63,406 nucleotides of DNA, filler included, from Basidiobolus ranarum (GCA_040143965.1; 27 parts of 27 records of this genome joined end to end with filler, not necessarily neighbours in it), one strand, 5' to 3'; numbered from the whole stretch's first letter, positions 1-12,186 are shown. Notes: generated by a model from the sequence alone, not told the origin. Numbers and translations: made by a program.

Positions 1-200
1 ATGGTAAACTTGATGTAATAAAATTGATTAGAAACAACTTATAATAAACCAAAATTGCCATCCATTACCTGAAATATCTTGTAAATCCCCTGATGACTCA
101 TCTGTGACACCATCTCAGAATCAGCTGATGATATTGATGGGCTATACCTAAAATACCACACTTATTAAGGAGATGTTCTGCTTTCTACAATATCCTTCTC

Positions 201-2261
201 ATGCCACAACACAAATGTTTAAAGAAGCCCTGCTATTATTGTTACAAATTCTTGTGCTATGAAAGCCAGATGCTTCATAGAAAAATAATCACAAGCATGG
301 CCACTGTATAAAGCCACCAGCTGCACAAAGCCTGGTGTATAACAACAGTAATAAGTGCACTAAATCAACTTTAGTTTAGCCTATTGAGTCCACTGACTGT
401 AGTTTGCCTCAAAGTTTGGTCACACTGCAAAAAAGTCAAGATACCATGGAGTTACCACAGTTATTTGACCAGAATGCTGTAGGTTCAAATGCAACTTTGG
501 TCAAACCAGTAAGTCCAGACAACTTTGAGGACTTGCTGCTAGATGTTGACCTTGGTTATTCCAGTACCAATGGTAGTATATCAGAAGTTGAAGAAGAAGA
601 AAATGGTTTTGTTATGGACTCTTTGTTATTGGCAAACATTGGTCCACTCATAACACTTACTGTAAAGGAAGCAGCTTTAATTATTGAGGAGTGGAGAGTT
701 CAATCCAAGCTTAGCAACTGGGTGTTTATTGGTCTTCTTACACTTTTACCACAGTTGATTGGCAACTGTTGCTTGCCACAGACCTGGTACAAGTGGAAAA
801 TACTTGTCAATTGTATGACTTATAATCCTTCAGTAATTAAACTACCTTCATGTCCAAATGGTTGTTTGGCTCTCACTGGTGATCTGAAAAACCTGAAGTC
901 ATGTACTGTTTGCACACCATTGGTAATTGCTGAATCAGGTAAATATTGTTCATATTCAGCTTACATTCCATTGATTCCCTGTCTTAATGTTTTGATGAAA
1001 TCATCTAAATATAGATTATTGATCCAATACCAAAGTCTCACTGTCAAGCTGATGGTATTACAAATATACTTGATGGATTTCACTACTAGAATCTGAGAAG
1101 TCTAGGTGTCTTTGAGAACACATAGGATCATGCATTTGCATTGGCTCTGGATGGTTTCTGACTAAACATATATACTGTTGGAAAGGCTTGCTGGCCAATA
1201 ATTTTAATCAACTTAAATCTTCCTCCTTCTGAACGGTATAAGAGTCATAATATTTTGAAACTATCATTCTTATCTGGACCTAAATCACCAGTGCTTAAAG
1301 ATGGCTTCTTGAAGCCTTTGATTGTGGAAATGAGTGGTTATCTAATGGGGTTTGGATGTGTGAATATCTTATTTAAGCTAATATCATTGTATGTATTGGT
1401 TACACTCCGCCATCAGTAAACTTGGAGGTTTTTGTGGACACAATGCACTGTCTTGCTGTAGAGTGTGTCAAATCAATGGAGTTTACTCTAACAGGCATTT
1501 GCACTACTACTATCCAAATACAACACTAAACTTCATGATTTTACCATCAAGAGCCCTGTCAGATTTCAATATGATCACTGAGATCAATTCACCAAATAGT
1601 CAGTCTAACATCAAACTTGGTTTTAGCCATAAGCCTAAGATTATATTGCTAAAGGTGATTAGCTGGAGCCAGGGCTTCCCATTAGGCACTATGCACTTAC
1701 TATTCAACAACATTCCAATACTACTTACTCAGCTATATAGTGGAAAATTCAATATGAATAAGCCATTCCAGATAGGATCAAAGTTTAAATCAATTGGGAA
1801 AATGCTTGAAAATGTCAAGATACCATCATATTCTACCAGGACTCCCATCAATATCCACTCATCTAGGTGCTAATTCAAATGCAAAGACCGGAAGTATAGG
1901 ATTTGTATATATTCCGGTGGAATTTTGAAAAGAGTTCTGCCTGATAAGTATTGGCAACATTGGGAGTTGTTTGTGGATATTTTTAATATATTCTTACGGT
2001 ATCAACTCACATTGGCAGATCTCAGGCAGATACAGCAACTGTGCGAAGATTTTGTAGTTGGATATGAAAAACTTTATTACAGGTTTAAAGAAGATAGACT
2101 GAATATATGCCTGTACTCAATACATTCCCTGCTACATCTTTCACAATGCTTAGAGATTATAGGCCCTTGCTATACATTCTGGGAGTTCCCAATGGAGTAC
2201 ATATGCGGTGAAACAATGCCTCATTTGAAATTGTCACTATTACCATATGCTAATCTGATTA
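201..2261 (+). mobile_element. Degenerate CACTA/EnSpm (CMC)-type transposase, longest copy in the window
   Basis: Motifs occur in order across frameshifts and stops: N-terminal KKPCYYCYKFLCYE, CPNGCLALTGDLKNLKSCTVC, YIPLIP, ALALDGF, CWPIILINLNLPPSERY, GPKSP, SKLGGFCGHNALSCCRVC, GTMHLLF, FVVGYEKLYY, HSLLHL...GPCYTFWEFPME. These resemble Transposase_21/DUF4218-type CACTA proteins (recognised by eye, no HMM run). Confidence 0.85.
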
Positions 2262-2361
2262 NNNNNNNNNNNNNNNNNNNNNNNNNNNNNNNNNNNNNNN
2301 NNNNNTTAATTAATTAANNNNNNNNNNNNNNNNNNNNNNNNNNNNNNNNNNNNNNNNNNNN
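2262..2361. other. Artificial contig spacer (44 N + TTAATTAATTAA + 44 N), first of 26. Others start at 4622, 6982, 9341, 11699, 14057, 16414, 18770, 21126, 23480, 25834, 28188, 30541, 32893, 35245, 37596, 39946, 42295, 44644, 46992, 49340, 51685, 54030, 56375, 58720, 61064
   Basis: Identical 100-bp layout each time; the 12-mer gives stops in all six frames; contig lengths never increase (2261 to 2243). Confidence 0.99.
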
Positions 2362-2375
2362 ATTCTTCCCATATA

Positions 2376-2535
2376 CTAGTGACTTAAGTATATTGTGAGA
2401 AGGGTGTACATGGGGGATTGCATCCCCCAAACCCCCTGCTTTCTTTTTATACTGGGAGGACTGTGTCCCCCAGACCCCCTCTTTTCATCCTTACCCTCCC
2501 TTCCCCTTACCAGAACATCTATCCCCTAACCCTAA
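2376..2535 (-). mobile_element. Putative Helitron-like 3' terminus (GC hairpin, then CTAG|T), preceded by TTAGGGTTAGGGG
   Basis: Perfect 8-bp stem TGGGGGAT-TGC-ATCCCCCA at 2411-2429; CTAG at 2376-2379 is followed by T on the minus strand; a second G/C-rich imperfect hairpin lies near 2452-2480. Confidence 0.4.
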
Positions 2536-3034
2536 GCGGCATCTTGGTGGCAGTGTTCTCACAGACATGGATGTCGGTGAAAGATGATCCAGTGGTCTTC
2601 AACACAAGTAGACCTTCCAAGTATGATCTGATACTGACACTATCGAGTGTGACAATCACCCAGGTTTGTCTAGTCTCAGCTTCATTGCGGTAGAAGGAGT
2701 GAGGGTGAGGTTTGCCGTTGACATCAATTCTGGTCCAATGAGATTGAACAATGTGTACATTGGCATGGGTAACGTGAGAGTATTTGTCAATAAAGTGTTT
2801 ACCGAGTTTATAACCATAGCACTCAATGGTTTGAACATGGGTAGACTTCTTGGCAATGGCATAACAAGTGTTTTTGACTGTGTCAGTTGAAATTGCCATA
2901 CTGTTGCCAGCTTTAGTGTAGGCCTTCTCAAAATCAACTTCAAAGAGCACTTGGCGGGTAAGCTTGACGATGTCATTACATTCGGTGGTGTAGCGGATAG
3001 CTTTAGTGACTCTGGCCTTAGCCTTACCGTAATC
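2519..3034 (-). pseudogene. Urate oxidase (uricase) fragment, N-terminal T-fold only, 3'-truncated
   Basis: DYGKAKARV...FEVDFEKAYTKAGNSMAISTDTVKNTCY...HWTRIDVNGKPHPHSF...LLVLKTTGSSF matches fungal uricase. Homology stops near 2545, before the DRILST motif and second T-fold. In-frame stops directly precede YGK (or mark an intron acceptor). Confidence 0.85.
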
Positions 3035-4721
3035 CTATTATACATTATGGTGAAAGTGTGGGTGCTTCTAACCTTTGATATGACTAAATCAGTGACTTAT
3101 TTGAATATAAATATGGTAGCTTGCTAGAGAGCTTTTGATCACATTCGGCTGTGACAAAAGCGAGTAAGCGCTTAGCACAATCTTTATCTAGTATAAGTAC
3201 AACAGACTCCTGCACCTGAGTATGTTCCATGAGAAGTGCTTCAATCTCCTGAGGTTCAATTTGAAACCTGCGAACCTTTATCAGATATCAAACCAAATCA
3301 CCTGGTTTGTACATCATTGAACAATAATGGACACATACAAATTTTTACTGGTGTGGATACATTCTTCCACATGAAGGTAGTGCACAGGATGTTCTGGCAA
3401 TCCACTTTCTGCTGGATGATATTGAGATATGTATCGATCAATATCCCTAGTCGTAACTCTAATGAATAGTGCGCACTTACCGGAAAGACTCACCGTTGAA
3501 TTTGGCCTGTAGTTTTTATCAAAAAACAATGATTCAAGACAGCGTAAATTCCGAGATCCTTGAGAAATGAGCGGCTTGTAAAAATAATATCAAATGGGCA
3601 CATGCAAATTCTCATTGGAGTTTATTGCCTTAGCTGTTTGTGTACATAAGGTTCCTTGCTATATCTTACCCTTAAGATACTAAAGTCATTTGACTGATGT
3701 ATACCAAGTGACATGTATTTTCATTAGAAACTTTAGACTTATATTGAGCGCTGCGAGAATATTGCGTGTTCAACAATTGGAATGTTATTTGGTATATCCT
3801 TAATTAATCCTATGAGCATCTCCTGCCTAGCAAAGTAGATTACTTACTGAGAATTGCAACTAGCGAATATAGATATACTCACTAATTGGCCCATACTATA
3901 GGCTTGTGTATAGACAATATGTGAACCCATTCCACTCCATTATGTTTGAAAGAATAAAGCATAGCCCTCTCTGGTACATTATTCAGTTTATGAATATGAC
4001 CGTTTGCGAGTTTGAATTGGATGCACAGTGATCGCATGGTGAAACTTACTGAATTAATATGTATACTAAAATATAAATTGGGTGAAACACAAGCAGTAAG
4101 CAATACGTTGTAGCAAAGTTGAAGTGCTGGCGCTGGTGCATTACTCTACCTTGATAGTAGTTAAAATCCGATCAGTAGGAATAAAGAAGAGATTATTCTA
4201 GAGTCATCGCTCACTCTAACGTTGGAGTTCAATGGCTGACCGAACGACTTTGGCCAAGAATGAAAAATTGGTCAGATATTTCCATCGAACTCAGAAAGTA
4301 CCAATCATTCTGATTGATGACATAAATTCAGTGGCTATGTTGCTGGAATATACGTAACGTTTGAAGTGATAGTCACTTTGCATGAAATCTTGAGGGCTTC
4401 TTGGACGCCTATAAATTTGGAAAAAAGTTGCAGAAGAAAAATCATTAACCTGGAATATCAAACAATATAACGTAATCCAACTTCTTTACTTTAAATTAAA
4501 TCATATGCATTACTATGATATTCACTCTTGTAACTGTCGCTTTAGTCACCTGTATGGCTCCAGTTTACCAAGCTTCCGTCAGTTTGGTTGGGAGTTGTGG
4601 GAATGGGGTTGATTGTCCAAGNNNNNNNNNNNNNNNNNNNNNNNNNNNNNNNNNNNNNNNNNNNNTTAATTAATTAANNNNNNNNNNNNNNNNNNNNNNN
4701 NNNNNNNNNNNNNNNNNNNNN

Positions 4722-6170
4722 ATGAAGTATTATTCAATTTACCAGATGTGTTCCTTTCCAGCAATAGTGCAAGTGAAGAGATTGTAATCCCCCAATTATG
4801 TAGTAAATCAATAGTTGAGCAAAGTTCAATCAAAACACTGTCAAGACCATGAATTTCCAAAATGGTTACTTTGCCCACTATTGAACTACCCTCCATAGAA
4901 AATATGAATAAAATTACTACAACAAAGGAATCACAGGCAGAACACCGTAATGATTAGTATGTAATCATAAGTAAAAACTATGAAGTTGCTATACAGGCCA
5001 TGACAAGCAATAATGCTGCAATATCTCAATTAATGCAGTGTTTGGAAGCAACTAGTCTACAGTTAGAGAGTCACTCAACAATGATACAGGACCTTCAGAA
5101 TGCTGTACCTGAGCTACAGCAATATGCTACTCCCTCTGTCCATTCTCATATGGGATTTCAATCAATCCCACACCATACATATGAATATCACTGTGACAAT
5201 CTAGCAGAGCAAAATATGTGTTGGACCATTAACCCTACAAAATGACCCAAAATTGCTTGGGCACATGAAAGTAGTAATCTCATAAGAAAACCGGCAAACC
5301 AGAAGACCCTGAATGTCAGAGCTGCCATCACTTGCTCTGATGTTGAGTGGATCAAAATTTTGGATACTGTGCAGAATCTTGCCCAAAATCACCTGGATTT
5401 GAGCCAATCGGGAAAAACCACTACCAGGTGCTACTCTGAAGGTTCTTGACATATTTCATGTGGCTTATCCTGGGTTTTTGCAAGCAAATGGCAATTGGGC
5501 TAGTATAGGCTTATTCATGAAACATCTCAAAAAGGTTTGCAATTATTACCTTAGAAAAGAAAGAAAAGCAGCTAAAGAAGTACTGAAGGAGCAGGAAGTT
5601 AGTAAACCAAGGAAAAAGCAAAGGAGCCAGTGAGTTTAGGCTCTACTGTCCCACTTATTCAATTCTTCACACCATTACAAAGATTTGCATTTCCAGAGTC
5701 AGATATACTGGCAAAAAAGCTTAATTTCATCATGGAACCTGGTACACCAGTTGGAAGAGTGCTAAATTTGGAAGTTTAGCAAACACCTGGCATCTCTCAA
5801 CAAGCCAAAACACCAGCAAATAAAACTCGTAGCTCTCTAACCTCAACTTGTACTTTCCAAAGTATTGAAATTAACCCCAAAGTAAAGACAAGCAAAAAGC
5901 CACACAAAAACTGCAAAGCACCCTGAGTATTATCACACTTCAAGGATATAAGAAATAGTCAAAGTGCTTGAGGAGTATTTCAAAAGTAGGAAGGGAAAGA
6001 CGCAGTGCAAGTATACCAAAAGTGGCTTCAGAAGAAGAACATACAACTTGACATTCAGTCTGGTGTTGACCATGCAGATATCTAGGAAGAATGTAATGCA
6101 GAGTGGCACAATGTTGCAGGGTATCCACCAGAAAGCTGCAAGAATGTTGATTCAGCAATGTTAATATAAT
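4722..6170 (+). mobile_element. Degenerate copy of CACTA-element ORF2
   Basis: Collinear with 12460-13820 and 31540-32892; several premature stops. Confidence 0.9.
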
Positions 6171-6270
6171 GGTGGGCTTTGAGGGAGATATTGATTCAAA
6201 CTTGTGTTGGGTATGAGCTAAACCTTTGGTGTGAAGAACTATACAAAAATATTTAGGAGAATAAATCAAA

Positions 6271-6363
6271 GAGACTAGGGATTTTGAAGGTGACAAATTA
6301 GTGTGCAAGTGGCAATTGTGTAAAATTTGAGTTATGTTTTTTGCACATGTGTTGAACCTTAGT
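6271..6363 (-). repeat. Dispersed repeat shared with 7082-7170 (inverted)
   Basis: Reverse complement (..caacacatgtgcaaaaaa...ctaatttgtcacctt..ctagt) matches the start of the next contig. Confidence 0.75.
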
Positions 6364-6555
6364 TCTCTGAGATTGTAGCCAATCATGTGCAACTATTTTG
6401 CAAGATCTTAAAATTTCACTCCTGAACTGAAAAAGTTGATTAAAATCAAACATAACTTGACAATTTTATGATGGTAAGTAAATGGTCAATCCCAATTGGA
6501 TTAAAATAGTGATGGTTTTGCTACAATAACAATCCTCAAATTTCTGTTAGGGAGT

Positions 6556-6981
6556 GTATCAGAAGTTAAAGAAGAAGACAATGGTTTTGTTATGGACTAT
6601 TTGTTATTGGCAAACATTAATCCACTCATAACACTTACTGTAAAGGAAGCAGCATTGATTATTGAGGAGTAGTGAAAGGAAGCAGCTTTCATTATTGAGG
6701 AGTGGAGTGTTCAATTCAATCTTGGCAACCAGGTGTTTATTTACTTTCTTACACTTTGACATAGTTAATTGGCAACTGGGGCCTGCCACAGGCCTGGTAC
6801 AAGTAGAAAACACTTATCAATTGAATCACTTATAATCCTTCAGTAAATAAACCACCTTCATGTCCAAAAGGTTGTTTCACTTTCATTGGTGATCTGAAAG
6901 ACCTGCAGTCATGTACTGTTTGCACCCAATGTGCAATCACTGAATCAGGCAAATATTGTTCACATTTTACTTATATACTAT
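6556..6981 (+). mobile_element. CACTA transposase fragment with a short internal tandem duplication
   Basis: Aligns to 578-970; aaaggaagcagc...attattgaggagt is duplicated at about 6641-6705. Confidence 0.9.
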
Positions 6982-7169
6982 NNNNNNNNNNNNNNNNNNN
7001 NNNNNNNNNNNNNNNNNNNNNNNNNTTAATTAATTAANNNNNNNNNNNNNNNNNNNNNNNNNNNNNNNNNNNNNNNNNNNNCTATGGATCAACACATGTG
7101 CAAAAAATGTAACGCAAATTTTACATAATTACCACTTCAATGCTAATTTGTCACCTTTGAAATCTCTAG

Positions 7170-9340
7170 TAACAGAAATGATTAGTTTTCAGCTTAAAAC
7201 AATCCAAACAAGGAAAGTTTACTTAGGTGATGACTATGCAGTAGATGCTGTTGGTATGGACTCAGTTGTACTCAATTTTGACCAAAATTCAGCTACACCA
7301 TCTGCAAACTTGATGATGTACTCTATGGACTAACTATAGCCAAGAATCTACTCAGAGTAAGCCAAGCAAAAACTCAAGGACTAGATTTTATGTTCAGTAA
7401 GGCTAGATGCACTATCACATATCAGAATAATAGCAAATTTGCTACTGGGATCAAAACTCAAAACTTATACAAGCTAGAAATCAACAAATAACATCCTTAG
7501 CTAGCAATCATGGCCAAACTGGTGAAACAAGCTGGCAAATGTGGCCAAGAAAATTAGGCCACATTGGGTAACAAACATTGACCAAAATGATATGAAATCA
7601 GTTTGTTTCCAGCTTAGAAATTGGAAATATCAATAAATGGAATCTGTGTGTAGGTTGCATATATGGAAAGCATCACAGACAGCTGTTTTGGAGCTCTGGA
7701 GAGATCAAATCCAGTTAGAATCTTGCCCTGATTCATTGGGACATATGTGGGCCCATGTCAAATGTCTCCCTTGGTCAGGAAAGGTATTTTATGACTGTTA
7801 CTGATGACAAAAGAAGATACACTTGGACTTTCTTTCCCATATCAAAATATGAAGCCTTAGCCACATTCAAGCACTACAAAGCAATGGTAAAGAAAGAATC
7901 AGCACAAACAATATAGGTACAAAGGAGTGACAATGCTGGGGAATACTGCTCTAAAGACTTTACCAGTTTTTGTTCTAAACATTGAATTAAGCAATTAACT
8001 ACTGTAACTTATAATCCACAGCAAAATGGAGCTGCAGAATGTGCCAATAGAACCATAGTTGATGTGGCAAGATCAAGGTTATATGATCACAAGTTGGATC
8101 ACCAATATTAGGCTAAATTTGTCTCCACTGCAGTGTATAGCAAAAACAGATGCCCAACAGGATTGCCGCAAACTTCTACCACAATTGAAGCCCTATATGG
8201 AAAAGCCAAATGTGGATCTTCTCAGGATCTTTAGTTGCACACATGACGCCTAATTTCAGCTGAAAATGCTTTGAATTTGAGCCTAAAAGCTGAAAGTGCA
8301 TATTTCATGCTTATTATGATGGATCTAAGGCCTACAGACTGTTTGGTACCAAAAATCAGAAGTAAATCAAGTGCAGAGACGTTGTTTTTTGTGATAAAGT
8401 ATATTTGTCCCCTCAAAATACATTTCTTGATCCAGAAAACACAGTGAGCACTATTCAGAAAGTGTCTGACCAGATTCCAGATGTAGCTGAGCCCTATTAA
8501 ACCAAAATTGCAGTCCCAATTACATCAGAGGATGAATCAGGACCTAGAAGATCATCCAGAAAGAGAAATAAGACAGGACACTGGTGGCACATTTCCAATG
8601 ATAATATATGTGCTTATGCAGCATTCTGTGACAAGCCACAGACTCTGGATCAAGCTATGGTGTGTCCAGAATCAAAATAATAGGAAAAAGCAATGTCTGA
8701 TGAGTTTCCTTCACTTCAAGACAATAAAATGTGGGTTTTAAGTCCTCAATTATCAGGAAGAAAGCCAATAGGTTGCGAATAAGACTATAAACTCAAAAAC
8801 CAAGCAGATAGAGCTATAGAAAGGTATAAATCAAGAGTAGTAGCAAAAGGCTATTTTCAAATTCCAGAAGTTGATTTAATGCAATTTATGCTCCAGGAGC
8901 AAACTTTAGCTCAGATAGATCAATCATGGCACTCTCAGCCATCCATAACCTTCATCTAAACCAAATAGATATTAAAGCAGCCATTCAGAATGGAAATCTA
9001 GAAGAAGAGCTCTACATGGAGAAACTGTCAGCCAATATCTCAAAAGTTCAGGATCTGAGCACAAAACTACAGTAAAACAAATATTAAGGTAGTTGAGAGG
9101 AACTATAGATCTAGTTCTGGAATACTTGCCACTCCTGATGCACAAATTTTGAAGCTTACTCTGATGTAGCCTTGGGAAGAAATCTTGATGGTAGAAGATT
9201 GACAACTGGGTATACTTTTCTCTATGTTAATGCAGCCATAATTTGGAATAGTAAGAAGCAACCAACCACAGCACTTTCCACTACAGGGGCAGAGTATATG
9301 GCTGCCTCTGCTATTACACAAGCAGCTATGATTGCTGATA
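7170..9340 (+). mobile_element. Degenerate Ty1/copia pol (protease, integrase, RT, RNase H) with an internal RT deletion
   Basis: KVYLGDDYAVDAVG; YNPQQNGAAECANRTI integrase; AKGYFQ...QIDIKAAIQNGNLEEELYME jumps straight to the late RT region; WNSKKQPTTALSTTGAEYMA RNase H. Integrase lies before RT. Confidence 0.92.
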
Positions 9341-9664
9341 NNNNNNNNNNNNNNNNNNNNNNNNNNNNNNNNNNNNNNNNNNNNTTAATTAATTAANNNN
9401 NNNNNNNNNNNNNNNNNNNNNNNNNNNNNNNNNNNNNNNNCTGTTCATAACAACCGGGTTTGGGAATTCAACTGTATCCACTGCATTTTAACACCATCCC
9501 TTTTCCAAATACACATTGACATAACCCGCGTGCATTTTCGTTTCTCAATAACCTTCGAATTACGCTTCCATAATTAGGGCCCTTACCTAAAACTCTGAAG
9601 ACCTCTCTCTACTCCTGACTCATCCAAAAAGTATAAACCCCACTACCTCGTCCCTTCAAAGATT

Positions 9665-10391
9665 ATGAAGAGAGCACACACAGCCAACACCTCTACACCT
9701 GAGGAAATCAGTAAATCATGGGAACCCGCAAGACACATCACATATAAAGGTACTAAGGTGGCTAGTACCACACTTATTAGTATCCAATTGGTAAATTCAC
9801 AGATATATAGATATTTGATCTCTGAGCATGATGTTTACCGATTTAACCGCCTATAGTTTACTGCATTGACAGTCTCCATTATCCTTGGCATAATAGTATG
9901 GAGTATTAGCCACGACTCTCGCATATCAACAGACTCTCAACCAGATCTTAAGAATCTGCTCGATACTCATTATATGTCTCTAGTTATGTATATCTTGACC
10001 ACTGTCAACACGGTCACTGGCCTCTTAGGGATTAAAAAGGTACTTGATGTCACCGCAAATATTCTCAACCATACTAAATTGCTAGCACCTTCTTAGGATT
10101 GTCGAAAGATGTTAAATATCTATTTAGTATTCAATATTATAACGATGCTGTTCAAAATAGCTTCTGGCTGTCTCTATATTGTATGGCATAGTAAATCCCA
10201 TGCCATTTTTGTGATGTCTCCGGTAAGTCAGAAACTCTCTACTGGTACTCAAAGAACCCGACTAACCTTGAGCCTAGTCTTTGATAGATCTCTTGTGCAT
10301 CATATCGGTATATATCCTTCGTAAACGTATCAAATCGACATCCTGTTCTGCGTATGTCAAAGAGGCGGAGATCACCTCCAACCTTGCATAG
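9665..10391 (+). CDS. Four-exon, four-TM tetraspanin-like membrane protein (exons about 9665-9790, 9857-10039, 10097-10222, 10278-10391)
   Basis: Three phase-0 GT-AG introns of 55-66 nt join hydrophobic segments. TGLLGIKK|DCRKMLNIY resembles the tetraspanin TM2-TM3 junction; the last exon reads SLIDLLCIISVYILRKRIK...NLA*. Confidence 0.6.
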
Positions 10392-10761
10392 TTAACACTG
10401 CTTGTCTCTTTTCTTGCTCATGCATACCACTTTTTTATTCGTGGCACTAGTGATTAGGCAGATGCCATACACGACTTTTGTATATTATTGGTTTTGAAAT
10501 ATATAAATCAATCGATCAAGTATCGATCAATCAATCAATCATCGCATTACCACATATTCCGATTGATCTGATCCTTCACATCAAGAGAAAAAAACAATTT
10601 TTCCAAAAAAAAACTCCCCTCAGGCCTACATATAGGTGCGTATCTAATGCTGCGTGAAGCAGAATGATACATTTATAGATTCACCCTTGAACCCAGTATT
10701 CATTATCATCCTAACTTAAAGTAATAGAAAATCATAAAAAGCATATTAAAAGTCATTTATC

Positions 10762-11472
10762 ATGATTTCATTTCCCATAGAGTTACTTAGAGAGGTATTA
10801 CAATATTGTGAACAAGAAGCACTTTTCAATAGCAGTTTGGTTAGTAGATCTTGGTACAACCAAAGCTCCCCCTTCCTTTATCACCACCCGTTGTTCACTA
10901 GTTTGGGGAGCTTCTTGAGCTTTGGCAAGGGTATAAACGAGAAGTTGGGTAGATTTGTAGACACTTTGGATTTATCTCAAGTACCACACCGATGGGACCA
11001 TCTGACTTTTTCCCAGGTGAATCCAGTGCTCTTGGCTTGTACTAAACTTCGCAAGTTAAACCTAGAATTATGCCAAATTGATGATACCGTAGTTCAAGTA
11101 CTTGCCAACAGTTCTTCAGGAACTATCGAAGAGGTGAACTTCAACGAATGTTTAATTACCGATATTGGTTTATCCGCTTTAGTAGTTTGCAAACGACTGA
11201 AGAGTCTCGAGATCGAAACGTGCCCTGTTACCGACGAAGGACTCATAAAGGTAGCTAAAGCTTGTATTCATTTGGAGAGGTTAAACTTGGCTAGATGTGA
11301 GGAGATCACAGACGATTCTATCGTTGCTATTCGAAACAATCTGAAGAAGCTTCGTTATCTTAATGTAGAGGAATGCTATGGTGTGCTGGAACAGGAAGGT
11401 TGGGCTGAACCTACAGAATGGGAGACCGATTGGAGTACCGACCCTGAGGAAGGAAGCCTCCGGCTTTCATAG
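10762..11472 (+). CDS. F-box / leucine-rich repeat protein (FBXL-like); last codons and stop come from a TE
   Basis: N-terminal F-box FPIELLREVLQY...SLVSRSWY; cysteine-containing LRRs (LNLELCQIDD, LEIETCPVTDEGL, LNLARCEEITD). Confidence 0.9.
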   Translation: MISFPIELLREVLQYCEQEALFNSSLVSRSWYNQSSPFLYHHPLFTSLGSFLSFGKGINEKLGRFVDTLDLSQVPHRWDHLTFSQVNPVLLACTKLRKLNLELCQIDDTVVQVLANSSSGTIEEVNFNECLITDIGLSALVVCKRLKSLEIETCPVTDEGLIKVAKACIHLERLNLARCEEITDDSIVAIRNNLKKLRYLNVEECYGVLEQEGWAEPTEWETDWSTDPEEGSLRLS

Positions 11473-11698
11473 CACAAGAATTTGCAATAATAATAGCAGG
11501 GCTTCTTTACACGTTTGTGTTGTGGCATGAGAAGGATATTGTAGAAAAAAGAACATCTCCCACGTAAGGGTGGTATTTTAGGCTTAGCCATCAATATCAT
11601 CAGCTGATTCTGAGACGGTGTCACAGATGAGTCATCAGGGGACTTACAAGATATTTCCGGTAATGGATGGCAATTTTGGTTTATCATAAGCTGTTTCT
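11453..11698 (-). mobile_element. CACTA-element fragment (transposase 5' end and intergenic region) that retains CpGs
   Basis: Aligns to 12002-12248 and 31078-31322, but keeps CG at about five positions where those copies have TG or CA. Confidence 0.92.
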
Positions 11699-11798
11699 NN
11701 NNNNNNNNNNNNNNNNNNNNNNNNNNNNNNNNNNNNNNNNNNTTAATTAATTAANNNNNNNNNNNNNNNNNNNNNNNNNNNNNNNNNNNNNNNNNNNN

Positions 11799-12077
11799 AT
11801 CATTCTGGTCATATAACTGTGGTAACTCCACAGTATCTTGACTTTTGGCAGTGTTACCAAAACTTTGAGGCAAACTACAGTCAGTGGACTCAATGGGCAA
11901 AACTAAAGTCCATTTAGTGCACTTATTACTGTTGTTATACACCAGGCTTTGAGCAGCTGGTGGCTTTGTACAGTGACCATGCTTGTGATTATTTTTTCTA
12001 TGAAGCCTCTGGCTTTCATAGCACAAGAATTTGTGATAATAATAGCAGGGCTTCTTTAAACATTTGTGTTGCAGCAT
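11799..12077 (-). mobile_element. CACTA transposase N-terminus
   Basis: MLQHKCLKKPCYYYHKFLCYESQRLHRKNNHKHGHCTKPP matches 201-480. Confidence 0.9.
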
Positions 12078-12175
12078 GAGAAGGATATTGTAGAAAAAGG
12101 AACACCTCCTACATAAGGGTGGTATTTTGGGTATAGCCCATCAATATCATCAGCTGATTCTGAGATGGTGTTACA

Positions 12176-12186
12176 GATGAGTCATC
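12176..12186. promoter_or_regulatory. AP-1/Gcn4-like palindrome GATGAGTCATC in the ~210-bp spacer between the two divergent TE ORFs
   Basis: Present in the copies near 92-102, 11626, 12176, 20397 and 31250. TGA(G/C)TCA is the bZIP consensus; function is not shown. Confidence 0.35.

Noticed and set aside
2306-2317. Regularly spaced TTAATTAATTAA palindromes (CRISPR-like or PacI array) and ORFs ending in X...LIN
   Set aside because: Always centred in N runs; these are synthetic contig linkers.
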